DNA from: Oscillospiraceae bacterium | GTDB lineage: Bacteria; Bacillota; Clostridia; Oscillospirales; CAG-272 | Direction of reading: 5' to 3' | Assembly (NCBI GenBank): GCA_015064095.1 | Contig: SVSW01000001.1 | Span: 709 to 64,708 of the forward strand | Length of the DNA stretch: 64,000 bases | In this document: positions 55,769 through 64,000 of the stretch, piece after piece | Layout: every line of letters begins with the position of its first letter | How positions within the stretch are numbered: the first letter of the stretch is position 1 | Made by a program: the position numbers and the translations under genes | Notes under the pieces: model-generated | Told to the model about the DNA's origin: nothing | Seen by the model: only the letters and a program-made list of their open reading frames with translations | Database searches by the model: none

Positions 55769-56890
55769 TTAAGCTCCGACCGCAGCGGTCCCGATAAGCA
55801 ACGCAAGCAAAAAAACGAACATAAGAGATGTTGCACAAAGGACAGCGGCGATATATCCGAAAACGCTGCCGATCTCCGAAAGCAGCGATGCTTCGCGAGA
55901 GCAACCGAGCATAGCAGCGAACCCCGATGCCGCGCTGTTCGCGGTCTTCATTAAAAGCAACGAAAAAAGCGTTGGCAAAAAGATCAAAAATATGATCACG
56001 ATACCGCAAACACCGATGCTTTTTCGAAGTATCCCGACGCTCGCAGCGAGCGTTTTCATACTTTCGCCGACCGCACCGCCGACGATTGGGATCGCCGAGC
56101 CCGCAAAAAACTTCACCGCACGAAGCCCAAGACTGTCCTGACCCGATGCTATTGCGTTTTGTGCCGCCGTCACAGCGCAAAAAAGCATCATAATAAATCC
56201 GAGCGCGGTCGTATACGTCTTTTTTATCACGCCCGATATCGGCCGAAGATCAAACGAAGCCGAAAATCCCGTCGTGACCGCGAGCGCAAGGCAAACACCC
56301 GAAAACGGAACGATACTGCGCGAAAGCACGTTTTCGCAAATACCGAGAAAGATGCCGAACGCGCCGCCGCTGACACTTGCAGACGCAACGTTTCCGCCTG
56401 CGGCGTAGAGCGAAACGGTTATGGGGAAAAGCACGTTGGCAACCGAACAAAGCTCCCCGATATACCGCGCAGACGACGCAACGACCCCGTATTGCAAGGT
56501 GAGTGCCGCCGCGCCGACCGCAAAAAACGAGCAAGCCGACAGCATATCCCCAAACTTCGGATCAAGCGAGGTGCGAAATGCCTCGATCGCCGCCGAAAGC
56601 AAAACAAGACCGCAAAGTGTGAAAAATATCGGCATTATCTCGGACAATGACGCGCCAAGCGCATCTCCTATAAACGAGAAAACATATTTCCAATCGGTCA
56701 GCGCTTCGGCGTCCGAAACGGGATCCTTGCCGTCCACTCCGTCGGGCAACGAGCCCGATATCGAGCCCTCAACTCCGTAAAAAAAATCTTCATATTCCGA
56801 TTTAAGATCATCATCGACCTCGGCAAACGCAGAAAATGAAAAGAAGATCAAAAAAAGCAGGACGAGGGCAAAGACAAATATACGTTTCAT
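55769..56890 (-). CDS. spoIIIAE: stage III sporulation protein AE
   Basis: About 373 aa with a signal peptide plus 7-8 TM segments. The start overlaps the spoIIIAD stop (ATGA). Confidence 0.8.
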   Translation of the reverse strand: MKRIFVFALVLLFLIFFSFSAFAEVDDDLKSEYEDFFYGVEGSISGSLPDGVDGKDPVSDAEALTDWKYVFSFIGDALGASLSEIMPIFFTLCGLVLLSAAIEAFRTSLDPKFGDMLSACSFFAVGAAALTLQYGVVASSARYIGELCSVANVLFPITVSLYAAGGNVASASVSGGAFGIFLGICENVLSRSIVPFSGVCLALAVTTGFSASFDLRPISGVIKKTYTTALGFIMMLFCAVTAAQNAIASGQDSLGLRAVKFFAGSAIPIVGGAVGESMKTLAASVGILRKSIGVCGIVIIFLIFLPTLFSLLLMKTANSAASGFAAMLGCSREASLLSEIGSVFGYIAAVLCATSLMFVFLLALLIGTAAVGA

Positions 56891-57276
56891 GTCAAATATA
56901 TAAGCTCCTGCACAACCTCGAGCAGGTCGTTTATCAGCGGCACGCAAAGAAGAAATATCTCGATCTTTCCCGCAAGCTCAACGCAAGAGGCAACCGTTGC
57001 CTCCCCTGAATCTCGGCAAACGGACGCGCACCCGTGACAAAGCAGAGCTACGCCGAAGCCCTTGAGGATCACGGCGGCGTATTTTGAGAATCCGACAGAG
57101 AGGGACAGCTCGTTCAAATATTCGATGGCAGGCCGTGCCGAGATCAAAAGCAAGGCGGCAAACACCATAAGCGCCGAGGCGCGCAGGGGAATCGAGAATC
57201 CCGCGCCGACCTGCTTTATTATCGCCGCCGCACCGATGACGATGAGCGCCACAGCGCAGATCTTTGCGCTGTCCAT
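56887..57276 (-). CDS. spoIIIAD: stage III sporulation protein AD
   Basis: 129 aa with four hydrophobic segments. The start overlaps the spoIIIAC stop (TAATG). Confidence 0.75.
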   Translation of the reverse strand: MDSAKICAVALIVIGAAAIIKQVGAGFSIPLRASALMVFAALLLISARPAIEYLNELSLSVGFSKYAAVILKGFGVALLCHGCASVCRDSGEATVASCVELAGKIEIFLLCVPLINDLLEVVQELIYLT

Positions 57277-57470
57277 TAAAGACCGAATACCGACCGCACG
57301 GTGGAGATCAGCTCGCCCATTTCCGACACGAGCATAAGCATAACTACAATGACACCGGCAACGGTCAAGAGCATTGCTTGCTCGTCCTTTCCCGATTTCA
57401 CCAGTATCTGCGAGGCAACGGCGACAAGCACCCCAACTCCTGCAACCTTTAATATAAGTCCTATATCCAT
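57276..57470 (-). CDS. spoIIIAC: stage III sporulation protein AC
   Basis: 64 aa: MDIGLILKVAGVGVLVAVASQILVKSGKDEQAMLLTVAGVIVVMLMLVSEMGELISTVRSVFGL. This is the typical SpoIIIAC size and pattern. Confidence 0.85.
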   Translation of the reverse strand: MDIGLILKVAGVGVLVAVASQILVKSGKDEQAMLLTVAGVIVVMLMLVSEMGELISTVRSVFGL

Positions 57471-57634
57471 AATAATCTCCATTCCGCCGATATAGCGGTG
57501 GCACAAATAATAATTGAAATTCAAATGTGTTCGCTTTGCGAACAAAAATGGGTTCGGGTCCCATTTTTAATTTGAATTTTGTAGCGTGAACCGTGAATTT
57601 TATTATAAACAAAATAAACTTTCACGCTAACTCC
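57471..57634 (-). ncRNA. conserved structured element, copy 2, filling the spoIIIAB-spoIIIAC intergenic gap
   Basis: Same architecture as 48231-48395. Here P2 is AAAAAUGGG/CCCAUUUUU, a compensatory change relative to copy 1. It starts at the spoIIIAB stop codon and ends at the spoIIIAC SD/ATG. Confidence 0.6.
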
Positions 57635-58110
57635 TATAAAAGCAATATAACAGCAAGCGCCGCCGCAGTCATGCAAAGCACGGTGTTCTTGCGCCTTTGT
57701 GCCTTTGATCTTTTCTTAAATTCCTCGTAAGCATCGCTAAGACGGTCAATATGATAATCACAATTCTTAACCTCGTCCTCCTTATATCCGGCTCCGAGCC
57801 GTGAAGAGAACGAAAGCAAAAGATCACGCGTTTCGCCATCGATCGGCGGCGAAAGTGAAGATAGGAAAGCGCTGAAATCCTCGGGCGTGATCTCACAGCC
57901 ACACTCCGAAAGAGTTTTCTTGTCGCACCTTCGGAATATCTCGCCAACGGGCACGCAATAGCAGTCTATCTGCGTTCTTATAAACCGCAAAAGCGATATC
58001 AACGCCGAAAGCTGTGTGTCTTTTTGCGTTTCGCGGCTGTTGAGGATCACAGACGCAAAAGCACCTCCGGCAAGTATAAGCGCGGCGCCGAAAAGCTTAT
58101 AGCTCATCAT
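57634..58110 (-). CDS. spoIIIAB: stage III sporulation protein AB
   Basis: About 158 aa. N-terminal TM segment (YKLFGAALILAGGAF), then LISLLRFIRTQIDCY, then a C-terminal TM segment. Start taken at MMSYK, overlapping the end of spoIIIAA. Confidence 0.75.
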   Translation of the reverse strand: MMSYKLFGAALILAGGAFASVILNSRETQKDTQLSALISLLRFIRTQIDCYCVPVGEIFRRCDKKTLSECGCEITPEDFSAFLSSLSPPIDGETRDLLLSFSSRLGAGYKEDEVKNCDYHIDRLSDAYEEFKKRSKAQRRKNTVLCMTAAALAVILLL

Positions 58111-58990
58111 CAAACGTATAAAGATAATCGTCGCCCGACCTGCGTATACCCACAAAATGCGAAAATATTCCCTTTTCTGCAAGCATGGCGATCCCCTTCT
58201 TATTTCTCAGCTCCGACTTGTTTCTTGCGTGCGCGGTCGCGAGCAAAGCAACGCCGCAGTTGTGCGCCGCCGCGACCGCGCACGCTTCCTCTGTATCAGC
58301 ACCGATCTCATCACAAACTATAAGCTCAGGCGATAGTGTGCGCGCGGCAAGCTCGATGCCAAGACCGCGGGGATAGCCCGAAAGCAGGTCTACCGTAAGA
58401 TTTTCCGGCAGGAAGCAGGAAAGTTCACCGCGCGTGTCGATCACCGCGGTTCTTACAGGTCTCTCGCCACCCGCAACATCTGAAATTATAGCGCGGAGAA
58501 GCGTCGTTTTCCCCTCTCCCGGCAAAGAATATACAAGCACACCGGAGAAAAATCCCGTTGATCTCAAAAGTTCTGCGACAGGCTTTCCGACGTGCGGAGC
58601 TCGGTGAGGTATTCTTATTGCCAGCGAGAAAACGTCATAAACCCCAACTATCCTTTGCCCCTCGGTCACAGCCCGCCCGCATATGCCGACACGCACACCG
58701 TTAGGCATTATTATGTATCCTCGGTTTATCGTGTCGCTGTAAGCGTAAAGCGATCCGCCGCACATTCTTTTAACAGTTTCGTCCATCTCGCGACGCGAAA
58801 GCTTATATTTTAAAATTATATTTTTTCGGTCTGAGGTCAAAGAGCACGCTCCGCCACATCGCAGGCGTATCTCCTCGACTCTTGCAATACGGCAAGCGGA
58901 TATCTCCGCCGCGAGCACTGTCGGCAAATACGAGAGTATCCCGGTATCAAGTGCCGCATCGTACACGCGATCATATAACTTCGTTTGCAT
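58097..58990 (-). CDS. spoIIIAA: stage III sporulation protein AA (ATPase)
   Basis: 297 aa. Walker A PGEGKTTLLR and Walker-B-like LIVCDEIG. First gene of the cluster. Confidence 0.85.
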   Translation of the reverse strand: MQTKLYDRVYDAALDTGILSYLPTVLAAEISACRIARVEEIRLRCGGACSLTSDRKNIILKYKLSRREMDETVKRMCGGSLYAYSDTINRGYIIMPNGVRVGICGRAVTEGQRIVGVYDVFSLAIRIPHRAPHVGKPVAELLRSTGFFSGVLVYSLPGEGKTTLLRAIISDVAGGERPVRTAVIDTRGELSCFLPENLTVDLLSGYPRGLGIELAARTLSPELIVCDEIGADTEEACAVAAAHNCGVALLATAHARNKSELRNKKGIAMLAEKGIFSHFVGIRRSGDDYLYTFDDEL

Positions 58991-59018
58991 AGCCTTGTCC
59001 TTTTTTCTTATTCATCAC

Positions 59019-59047
59019 AATATATGGGACATGCCTGAAAAATATGA
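59019..59047 (-). promoter_or_regulatory. sigmaE-type promoter for spoIIIA
   Basis: Minus strand: TCATATT, 14-nt spacer, CATATATT. This is close to the mother-cell sigmaE consensus (ATATT-N14-CATACAnT) as I recall it. Confidence 0.5.
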
Positions 59048-59048
59048 T

Positions 59049-59088
59049 AAAAAATAAGACCGAGCCGCAGCTCGGTCTTGTTTTTTTA
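59049..59088. terminator. bidirectional intrinsic terminator after pfkA
   Basis: AAGACCGAGC-cgca-GCTCGGTCTT flanked by an A-run and a T-run. Confidence 0.8.
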
Positions 59089-59096
59089 TTATTAAA

Positions 59097-60173
59097 TTAT
59101 TTTGCAAGCGATTCGGCAACTGCATAAAGCGCCGCAACATCAGCCGCGCGCTTTTCGCAAAGCGCTTCCATCGCGTCGATCTCATCGGCAGTGAAGCTGT
59201 CAAGATCGCCGTCCTTGAGTTTCTTTTTATACATTCTGTCAGCTGCAAGAGCCCAACGGATATCAACGGGCTTGATCTCGCCGTCGATCTCACAGATAAC
59301 AAGGTCGCTCTTGTGCTCCATGATAAGCTCGATTGCCATAGCACCCATGACGGACGCGGTCTTTCTGTCACGCAGCGTGGGCTCGCCGCCGCGCTGTACG
59401 TGTGCAAGACGCGCAAACTTTGCATCAGCACCGATCTCACGGCAAAGTCTTTTCGTGAGTGCCTCGCCGATGGTGTTTCCGTTTTCGTCAAACACGCCCT
59501 CGCTGACAGCAACTATCATTCCGCGCTTGCCCTCTGCCATAAGCTTTTCAACACGAGCAACCGCTGCGTCCTCGTCAAAAGGAATTTCGGGAATAGCCGT
59601 GGCGACCGCGCCCGACGCAATAGCTACGTTGAGCGTCAGCTCGCCGCAATGGCGTCCCATCATCTCAACGACATTCACGCGTGCGTGAGATTCGCAGGTG
59701 TCACGAAGCATATCCGTCAGCTTCAGTGCCGTGTTCATTGCCGTATCGTAACCGATAGTATAATCGGTTGCGGTGATATCATTGTCTATCGTTCCGGGAA
59801 TTCCGATCGTGGGAACGCCGTGAACGCTCATATCCGTACCGCCGCGGAACGTTCCGTCTCCGCCGATGACAACAAGCGCCTCAATTCCGAGCTCGCGGCA
59901 ATTCTCGACCGAACGCATAACTCCTGCCTCGGTTGCGAATTCAAGGCAGCGGTCTGTATACATAAATGTACCGCCGCGACCTATCACGGTTGCGACCTCC
60001 TTGGGCGTAAGTGTAATGTAATCCTTATTAAGCAGTCCTTTATATCCGCCGAGGAAGCCGAGGACCTCGATACCCTCGTCTGCCGCCTTGTTCGTTATGG
60101 CTCTGACCGCCGCGTTCATACCGGGAGCATCTCCGCCCGATGTCAGAACGCCGATTTTCTTTATTCTTTCCAT
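59097..60173 (-). CDS. pfkA: ATP-dependent 6-phosphofructokinase
   Basis: IGVLTSGGDAPGMNAAVR, GGDGT and PGTIDNDI. Start taken at MERIKKIGV. Confidence 0.92.
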   Translation of the reverse strand: MERIKKIGVLTSGGDAPGMNAAVRAITNKAADEGIEVLGFLGGYKGLLNKDYITLTPKEVATVIGRGGTFMYTDRCLEFATEAGVMRSVENCRELGIEALVVIGGDGTFRGGTDMSVHGVPTIGIPGTIDNDITATDYTIGYDTAMNTALKLTDMLRDTCESHARVNVVEMMGRHCGELTLNVAIASGAVATAIPEIPFDEDAAVARVEKLMAEGKRGMIVAVSEGVFDENGNTIGEALTKRLCREIGADAKFARLAHVQRGGEPTLRDRKTASVMGAMAIELIMEHKSDLVICEIDGEIKPVDIRWALAADRMYKKKLKDGDLDSFTADEIDAMEALCEKRAADVAALYAVAESLAK

Positions 60174-60393
60174 ATTAACCTCCATCGTTGTCGCGATTTT
60201 ATTATCCTTAATATTTTAATACATTGACAAAATAAAATCAAGGGGTTTACGCGAGATTTTTGGCATTTTAGGCAAAATCTTGCGCTTTTTTCAAATTAAA
60301 GCAAAAAAGCTCTGCGTTTTTCAAAGAATACTTGACATCTTCGACGTTTGGTGGTAGAATGTTATACAGTAAAAATTTATCGGAGGAATAGAT

Positions 60394-60909
60394 ATGCGTT
60401 CAAAATCCGCCAAAATAATTCTTTGGGTCCTGCTCGGTCTCACCGCCGCTGCCCTTCTTTCCATGCTTATAATTTTCGTGATCGATGCTAACGGAGGCAC
60501 AGGCACGACCCACCATTGGGCGATGCCGCTTTTCAGCTCGATCTTTGCTGTATTCGGAATACTCCTTCTCCTTACATATATGCTCACGGAGCCGTCCTTC
60601 AAGAAAAAGCCCGAGGACGAGGAGGAGCTTTACACCGTTGACCGTACGTCATACGTCAAAAAGGCTAAGCAGCCCCGTCCGATAACGTCAACCGCAACCG
60701 CTCCCGAAGAAGCTCCCATTGAGGAAGCTCCTGCTGAGGAAGCCCCCGCTGAGGAAGCCCCCGCCGAGGAAGCTCCCGCTGAGGAAGCTCCTGCTGAGGA
60801 AGCCCCCGTTGAGGAAGCCACCGCCGAGGAAGCCCCCGTTGAGGAAGCCCCCGTTGAGGAAGCCACCGCCGAGGAAGCTCCCGTTGAGGAAGCCAAAGAC
60901 GCAGAATAA
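60394..60909 (+). CDS. membrane protein with C-terminal (EEAPx)n low-complexity repeat
   Basis: 171 aa with two N-terminal TM segments, then a Pro/Glu/Ala repeat tail. TTGACA-17-TAGAAT promoter upstream. Confidence 0.6.
   Translation: MRSKSAKIILWVLLGLTAAALLSMLIIFVIDANGGTGTTHHWAMPLFSSIFAVFGILLLLTYMLTEPSFKKKPEDEEELYTVDRTSYVKKAKQPRPITSTATAPEEAPIEEAPAEEAPAEEAPAEEAPAEEAPAEEAPVEEATAEEAPVEEAPVEEATAEEAPVEEAKDAE
60706..60894 (+). repeat. 15-nt tandem repeat, about 12.6 copies (GAGGAAGCYCCCGYY), in-frame EEAP(A/V/I)/EEATA
   Basis: Direct reading of the sequence shows the 15-nt period maintained throughout, with third-position and A/V/T variation. Confidence 0.9.
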
Positions 60910-60919
60910 TAAATCATAA

Positions 60920-60945
60920 GGTAGAGCCGTTGGCTCTGCCTTTTT
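60920..60945 (+). terminator. intrinsic terminator
   Basis: GGTAGAGCC-gtt-GGCTCTGCC followed by TTTTT. Confidence 0.7.
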
Positions 60946-60951
60946 ATTTTC

Positions 60952-60980
60952 TTGACATTACGGCATATTTATGTTATAGT
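60952..60980 (+). promoter_or_regulatory. sigmaA-type promoter for rimO-pgsA
   Basis: TTGACA, 17-nt spacer, TATAGT. Confidence 0.5.
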
Positions 60981-61009
60981 ATAAATACAATTTATTGACG
61001 GAGATTTAA

Positions 61010-62344
61010 ATGAAGATCGGATTTGTTTCTCTCGGCTGCCCGAAAAATCAGCTTGATGCGGAGGTCATGCTCCACGAGCTGCTCGAGGCAGGATACGAGA
61101 TCACCGCCGACGAAACAAAGGCGGATATAGTTATAATCAACACCTGCGGATTTATCGAAAGCGCCAAGCGCGAGTCGATCGATGCAATTCTTGATATCGC
61201 TTGGCTCAAAAAGCACAACGGCCTTCGCGGTATAATCGTCACCGGCTGTCTTTCCGAGCGTTACCGTGAGAGCATTTTCGAGGAAATGCCCGAGGTCGAT
61301 GCTGTGCTCGGCGTGGGAAGCATACATAATATCGTCGATGCCGTTCGCGAGATCGAAAAGAAGAAAAAATGCCGCTACACCTCGTTTTTACCGAATGATG
61401 AGGTCGCACTCGGCGGCGATCGCGTTTTGATCTCGCCGGATTATTCGGCGTATATAAAGATCGCCGAGGGCTGCGACAACCGCTGCGCTTACTGCGCGAT
61501 CCCCGCTATCCGCGGCAAGTTCCGCAGCCGCACGGTAGAGGATATCGTTGCCGAGGCAAAGCAACTCGAAGCGCTCGGCGTGCGCGAGCTTAACGTCGTA
61601 GCACAGGATACCACGCGCTACGGCCTTGATCTTTACGGCGAATATTCTCTTGCGAAGCTGCTCCGCGCGATCACCGATGCAACGTCGATCCCGTGGGTGC
61701 GCCTGCTCTACTGCTATCCCGACAAGATAACAGACGAGCTTGTCGCCGAAATACGCGACAACGAAAGGATCGTTAAATATATCGATCTGCCGATACAGCA
61801 CATCTCAGACCGTATGCTGCGCGCAATGAACCGCCACGGCGACTCCGCAATGATCAAAGACGTTATAGGAAAGCTTCGCCGTGAGATCCCCGATATCGTG
61901 ATCCGCACAACTCTCATTGTCGGCTTCCCCGGAGAAACAGAGGAGGATTTTGAGGAGCTTTGCGAATTTGCAAACGAGGCTCGCTTTGAGCATCTCGGCG
62001 TCTTTACATACTCGCGCGAGGAGGACACTCCGGCATATGATTTCGAGGATCAGATCGACGAGCAGGTCAAAAACGACCGCATGGATATCATCATGCGCCG
62101 CCAGCTCGAAATAAACGAAGAAAAAAATCGCGCGATGATAGGAAAGACCGTTCGCGTGCTCTGCGAGGACTATGATCCTGTCGGTGAGATACATTTCGGT
62201 CGCTCCGCTGCCGATGCCCCGGAAATTGACGGCAAGGTCTATTTCAAGGCTGAGCATCGCATCGCACCCGGCTCGTTTGTAGACGTCAAGATAAGAAAAG
62301 TGCTTGACTACGACCTTGTCGGCTTTGCCAAACTCAGATCGTGA
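61010..62344 (+). CDS. rimO: ribosomal protein S12 methylthiotransferase
   Basis: 444 aa. UPF0004 N-domain (GCPKN), radical-SAM CDNRCAYCAIP, and a C-terminal TRAM domain. Confidence 0.9.
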   Translation: MKIGFVSLGCPKNQLDAEVMLHELLEAGYEITADETKADIVIINTCGFIESAKRESIDAILDIAWLKKHNGLRGIIVTGCLSERYRESIFEEMPEVDAVLGVGSIHNIVDAVREIEKKKKCRYTSFLPNDEVALGGDRVLISPDYSAYIKIAEGCDNRCAYCAIPAIRGKFRSRTVEDIVAEAKQLEALGVRELNVVAQDTTRYGLDLYGEYSLAKLLRAITDATSIPWVRLLYCYPDKITDELVAEIRDNERIVKYIDLPIQHISDRMLRAMNRHGDSAMIKDVIGKLRREIPDIVIRTTLIVGFPGETEEDFEELCEFANEARFEHLGVFTYSREEDTPAYDFEDQIDEQVKNDRMDIIMRRQLEINEEKNRAMIGKTVRVLCEDYDPVGEIHFGRSAADAPEIDGKVYFKAEHRIAPGSFVDVKIRKVLDYDLVGFAKLRS

Positions 62345-62354
62345 GGTATTTACA

Positions 62355-62984
62355 GTGAAAAAGCTTAATCTTCCCAACAAATTAAGCCTATCAAGGCTTA
62401 TTATGGTGCCCGTTTTCATGCTCGTTATGTTCATTGTTCCGTCGGACCTTTGGATATTGCGCAACGCCGTCAGCGCGGCGATATTCCTTGCCACGGCAAT
62501 AACGGACGCAATCGACGGAAAGCTCGCACGTAAAAACAATATGATAACGGAATTCGGCAAATTCATTGACCCGCTTGCCGACAAATTCCTTGTCATCTTC
62601 TCTATGCTGATGATCCTTTATCTGCCCGACTTTTCGAAAATTCAGCCGTATCTGCTTTGGGTGTTCTCCATCGTTGTCATGCGCGAGCTTGCCGTGACTG
62701 CTTTGCGCCTTGTGCTGCGCGGCAGCGGCGTTGTGCTTGCCGCCGACATGCTCGGCAAGATCAAGACCGTATTTCAGATCGTCTTTATCATGACCGCCCT
62801 GCTCGAGCCGATACTTTGGTATCTCATTTCTCTGATCGTTCCGTTTGATCTCGGATTTGCATCATTTATCGTAAATTATCCACCGCTGACGCTTGCAACT
62901 ATGGCTTGCACGCTCGTTTTCACCGTTGCGTCCGGCATAAACTATTTTGCGAAGAACGCCCAACACCTCGATCCCGAGAAATAA
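62355..62984 (+). CDS. pgsA: CDP-diacylglycerol--glycerol-3-phosphate 3-phosphatidyltransferase
   Basis: CDP-alcohol phosphatidyltransferase motif DAIDGKLARKNNMITEFGKFIDPLADK. GTG start at 62355 after GAGGT. Confidence 0.85.
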   Translation: MKKLNLPNKLSLSRLIMVPVFMLVMFIVPSDLWILRNAVSAAIFLATAITDAIDGKLARKNNMITEFGKFIDPLADKFLVIFSMLMILYLPDFSKIQPYLLWVFSIVVMRELAVTALRLVLRGSGVVLAADMLGKIKTVFQIVFIMTALLEPILWYLISLIVPFDLGFASFIVNYPPLTLATMACTLVFTVASGINYFAKNAQHLDPEK

Positions 62985-62985
62985 T

Positions 62986-63020
62986 AAAAAGCCCCTGCAA
63001 AAGCAGGGGCTTGATTTTTT
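62986..63020. terminator. bidirectional intrinsic terminator
   Basis: GCCCCTGC-aaaa-GCAGGGGC flanked by an A-run and a T-run. Confidence 0.8.
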
Positions 63021-64000
63021 AAATTCTTTCCGCTACCGCGTCGAGGAATTCCTCGGTGGTGACGGATTTTTTGTTTTCAAGCTTCGAAATGGAGTAAAGG
63101 TCACCGGTCATGATTCCGTCGGCTATTGTCTTTAAGCATGCCGCTTCAAGGCGGTCTGCATAATCGCAAAGCTCCGGGATCTCATCAAGCTCGCCGCGCT
63201 TGCGAAGCGCGCCCGACCATGCAAATATGGTCGCAACGGAGTTTGTCGACGTTCTCTCACCCTTCAAATGCTTATAATAATGTCTTTGGACCGTGCCGTG
63301 TGCCGCCTCGTACTCATATTTTCCGTCGGGCGATACGAGCACGCTCGTCATCATGGCAAGCGATCCGAATGCCGTTGCCAGCATATCGCTCATAACGTCA
63401 CCGTCATAGTTCTTGCAAGCCCAAATGAAGCCGCCATCGGAGCGAATGACGCGCGCGACCGCGTCATCTATCAGCGTATAGAAATATTCGATTCCCGCCG
63501 CCTCAAATTTCTCCTTGTACTCATTTTCGTAGATCTCTGCGAAAATGTCCTTAAAGCGGTGGTCGTATGTTTTGCTGATCGTGTCCTTTGCCGAGAACCA
63601 AAGATCGAGCTTTGAAGCAAGCGCATAATTAAAGCATGAGCGTGCAAAACCTTCAATGCTGGCATCGAGATTATGCATACCCATAACTATGCCGTCACCC
63701 TCGAAATTCATGATCGGCACGCGAGTTTCATTGCCGTCCTTATCGGTCACAACGATCTCGGCTTTCGATCCCGCAGGGGCGCGACATTCGGACGCCTTGT
63801 AAATATCACCGTATGCATGACGGGCAATGGCTATCGGCTTTACCCAATTCTTCACATAAGGTTCAATGCCGTCAACGATGATCGGGCTGCGGAACACCGT
63901 TCCGTCAAGGATCGCGCGGATCGTGCCGTTCGGCGATTTCCACATAGTTGTGAGATTATATTCCTTAACGCGCGCGGCGTTCGGCGTGATCGTTGCGCAT
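63019..64000 (-). CDS. icd: NADP-dependent isocitrate dehydrogenase, eukaryote-like subfamily (5' end outside window)
   Basis: WKSPNGTIRAILDGTVFRSPII and the C-terminal region are typical of IDH1/2-type enzymes. The reading frame stays open to the window edge, so the true start lies beyond 64000. Confidence 0.85.
   Translation of the reverse strand, partial: CATITPNAARVKEYNLTTMWKSPNGTIRAILDGTVFRSPIIVDGIEPYVKNWVKPIAIARHAYGDIYKASECRAPAGSKAEIVVTDKDGNETRVPIMNFEGDGIVMGMHNLDASIEGFARSCFNYALASKLDLWFSAKDTISKTYDHRFKDIFAEIYENEYKEKFEAAGIEYFYTLIDDAVARVIRSDGGFIWACKNYDGDVMSDMLATAFGSLAMMTSVLVSPDGKYEYEAAHGTVQRHYYKHLKGERTSTNSVATIFAWSGALRKRGELDEIPELCDYADRLEAACLKTIADGIMTGDLYSISKLENKKSVTTEEFLDAVAERI

Noticed and set aside
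57471-57545. N-terminal extensions MFAKRTHLNF.. (here) and MFANRTHLNF.. (48231-48305) that look like a conserved protein motif
   Set aside because: The apparent conservation is just the translation of the repeated non-coding element. The SD (GGAG) sits inside these extensions, directly before the downstream in-frame ATG, and the proteins diverge completely after that ATG.
57551-57575. P2 hairpin (AAAAAUGGG..CCCAUUUUU plus U-run) as an intrinsic terminator inside spoIIIA
   Set aside because: The stem has only 3-4 G-C pairs, and the U-run is itself paired with the A-run. This is too weak to call a terminator, so I kept it as part of the structured-element description.
57545-57585. Three-way junction as a hammerhead or other small self-cleaving ribozyme
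   Set aside because: I found no CUGAUGA / GAAA hammerhead core and no conserved junction nucleotides. The junctions are almost linker-free.
59313-60227. 304-aa plus-strand ORF
   Set aside because: Antisense to pfkA.
60706-60894. Possible CRISPR-like array
   Set aside because: The 15-nt units are contiguous with no spacers, and they are in frame inside a coding sequence. This is a coding tandem repeat.
61805-62596. 263-aa minus-strand ORF
   Set aside because: Antisense to rimO and pgsA. The same reasoning applies to 11332-12192 (antisense rluD), 54594-55400 (antisense spoIIIAG/AH), 4294-5049 (antisense leuS) and the other long shadow ORFs in the track.

Overview
This window looks like a core chromosomal segment of an endospore-forming Firmicute. 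The gene content points to class Clostridia, possibly Oscillospiraceae/Ruminococcaceae-like, but that taxon call is inference only. Almost everything is housekeeping or sporulation.

Main content:
- Three aminoacyl-tRNA synthetases: leuS, ileS and metG.
- rpsU and adhE.
- The tail of the division cluster in Bacillus-like order: yggS-like, sepF, yggT-like, ileS, lspA, rluD.
- Other housekeeping genes: miaA, RNase J, prmC, ddl, tatD, degV/yloV, trmO, rlmH, galK, pfkA, rimO, pgsA, and a 5'-truncated eukaryote-type isocitrate dehydrogenase at the right edge.
- Sporulation genes: abrB, spoIIR, and a complete spoIIIAA-AH operon with a sigmaE-like promoter.
- Four tRNA genes: Gly-UCC, Arg-UCU and His-GUG in one cluster, plus Leu-UAA.

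I see no CRISPR array, transposase, integrase, prophage or recognisable defence system.

Items worth a second look:
1. A roughly 165-nt structured element is present twice on the minus strand. It contains a predicted three-way junction and one compensatory base-pair change between copies. One copy forms the whole 5' UTR of a membrane-protein gene. The other sits inside the spoIIIA operon between spoIIIAB and spoIIIAC.
2. A T-box leader, with a specifier I read as UAC (Tyr), controls a Na+/solute symporter and an adenylate-forming ligase rather than a tRNA synthetase.
3. A 165-nt terminator-containing leader with a 20-codon uORF lies upstream of a CNNM/CorC-type gene.
4. A tRNA-flanked cassette carries an MFS transporter and two tandem PHP-phosphoesterase paralogues with mosaic identity.
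5. A perfect 9+9 palindrome overlaps the promoter of a degV-yloV-marR operon.
6. There are several small Cys-rich proteins.

All calls come from reading the sequence and ORF translations by eye. No database search or folding program was run.
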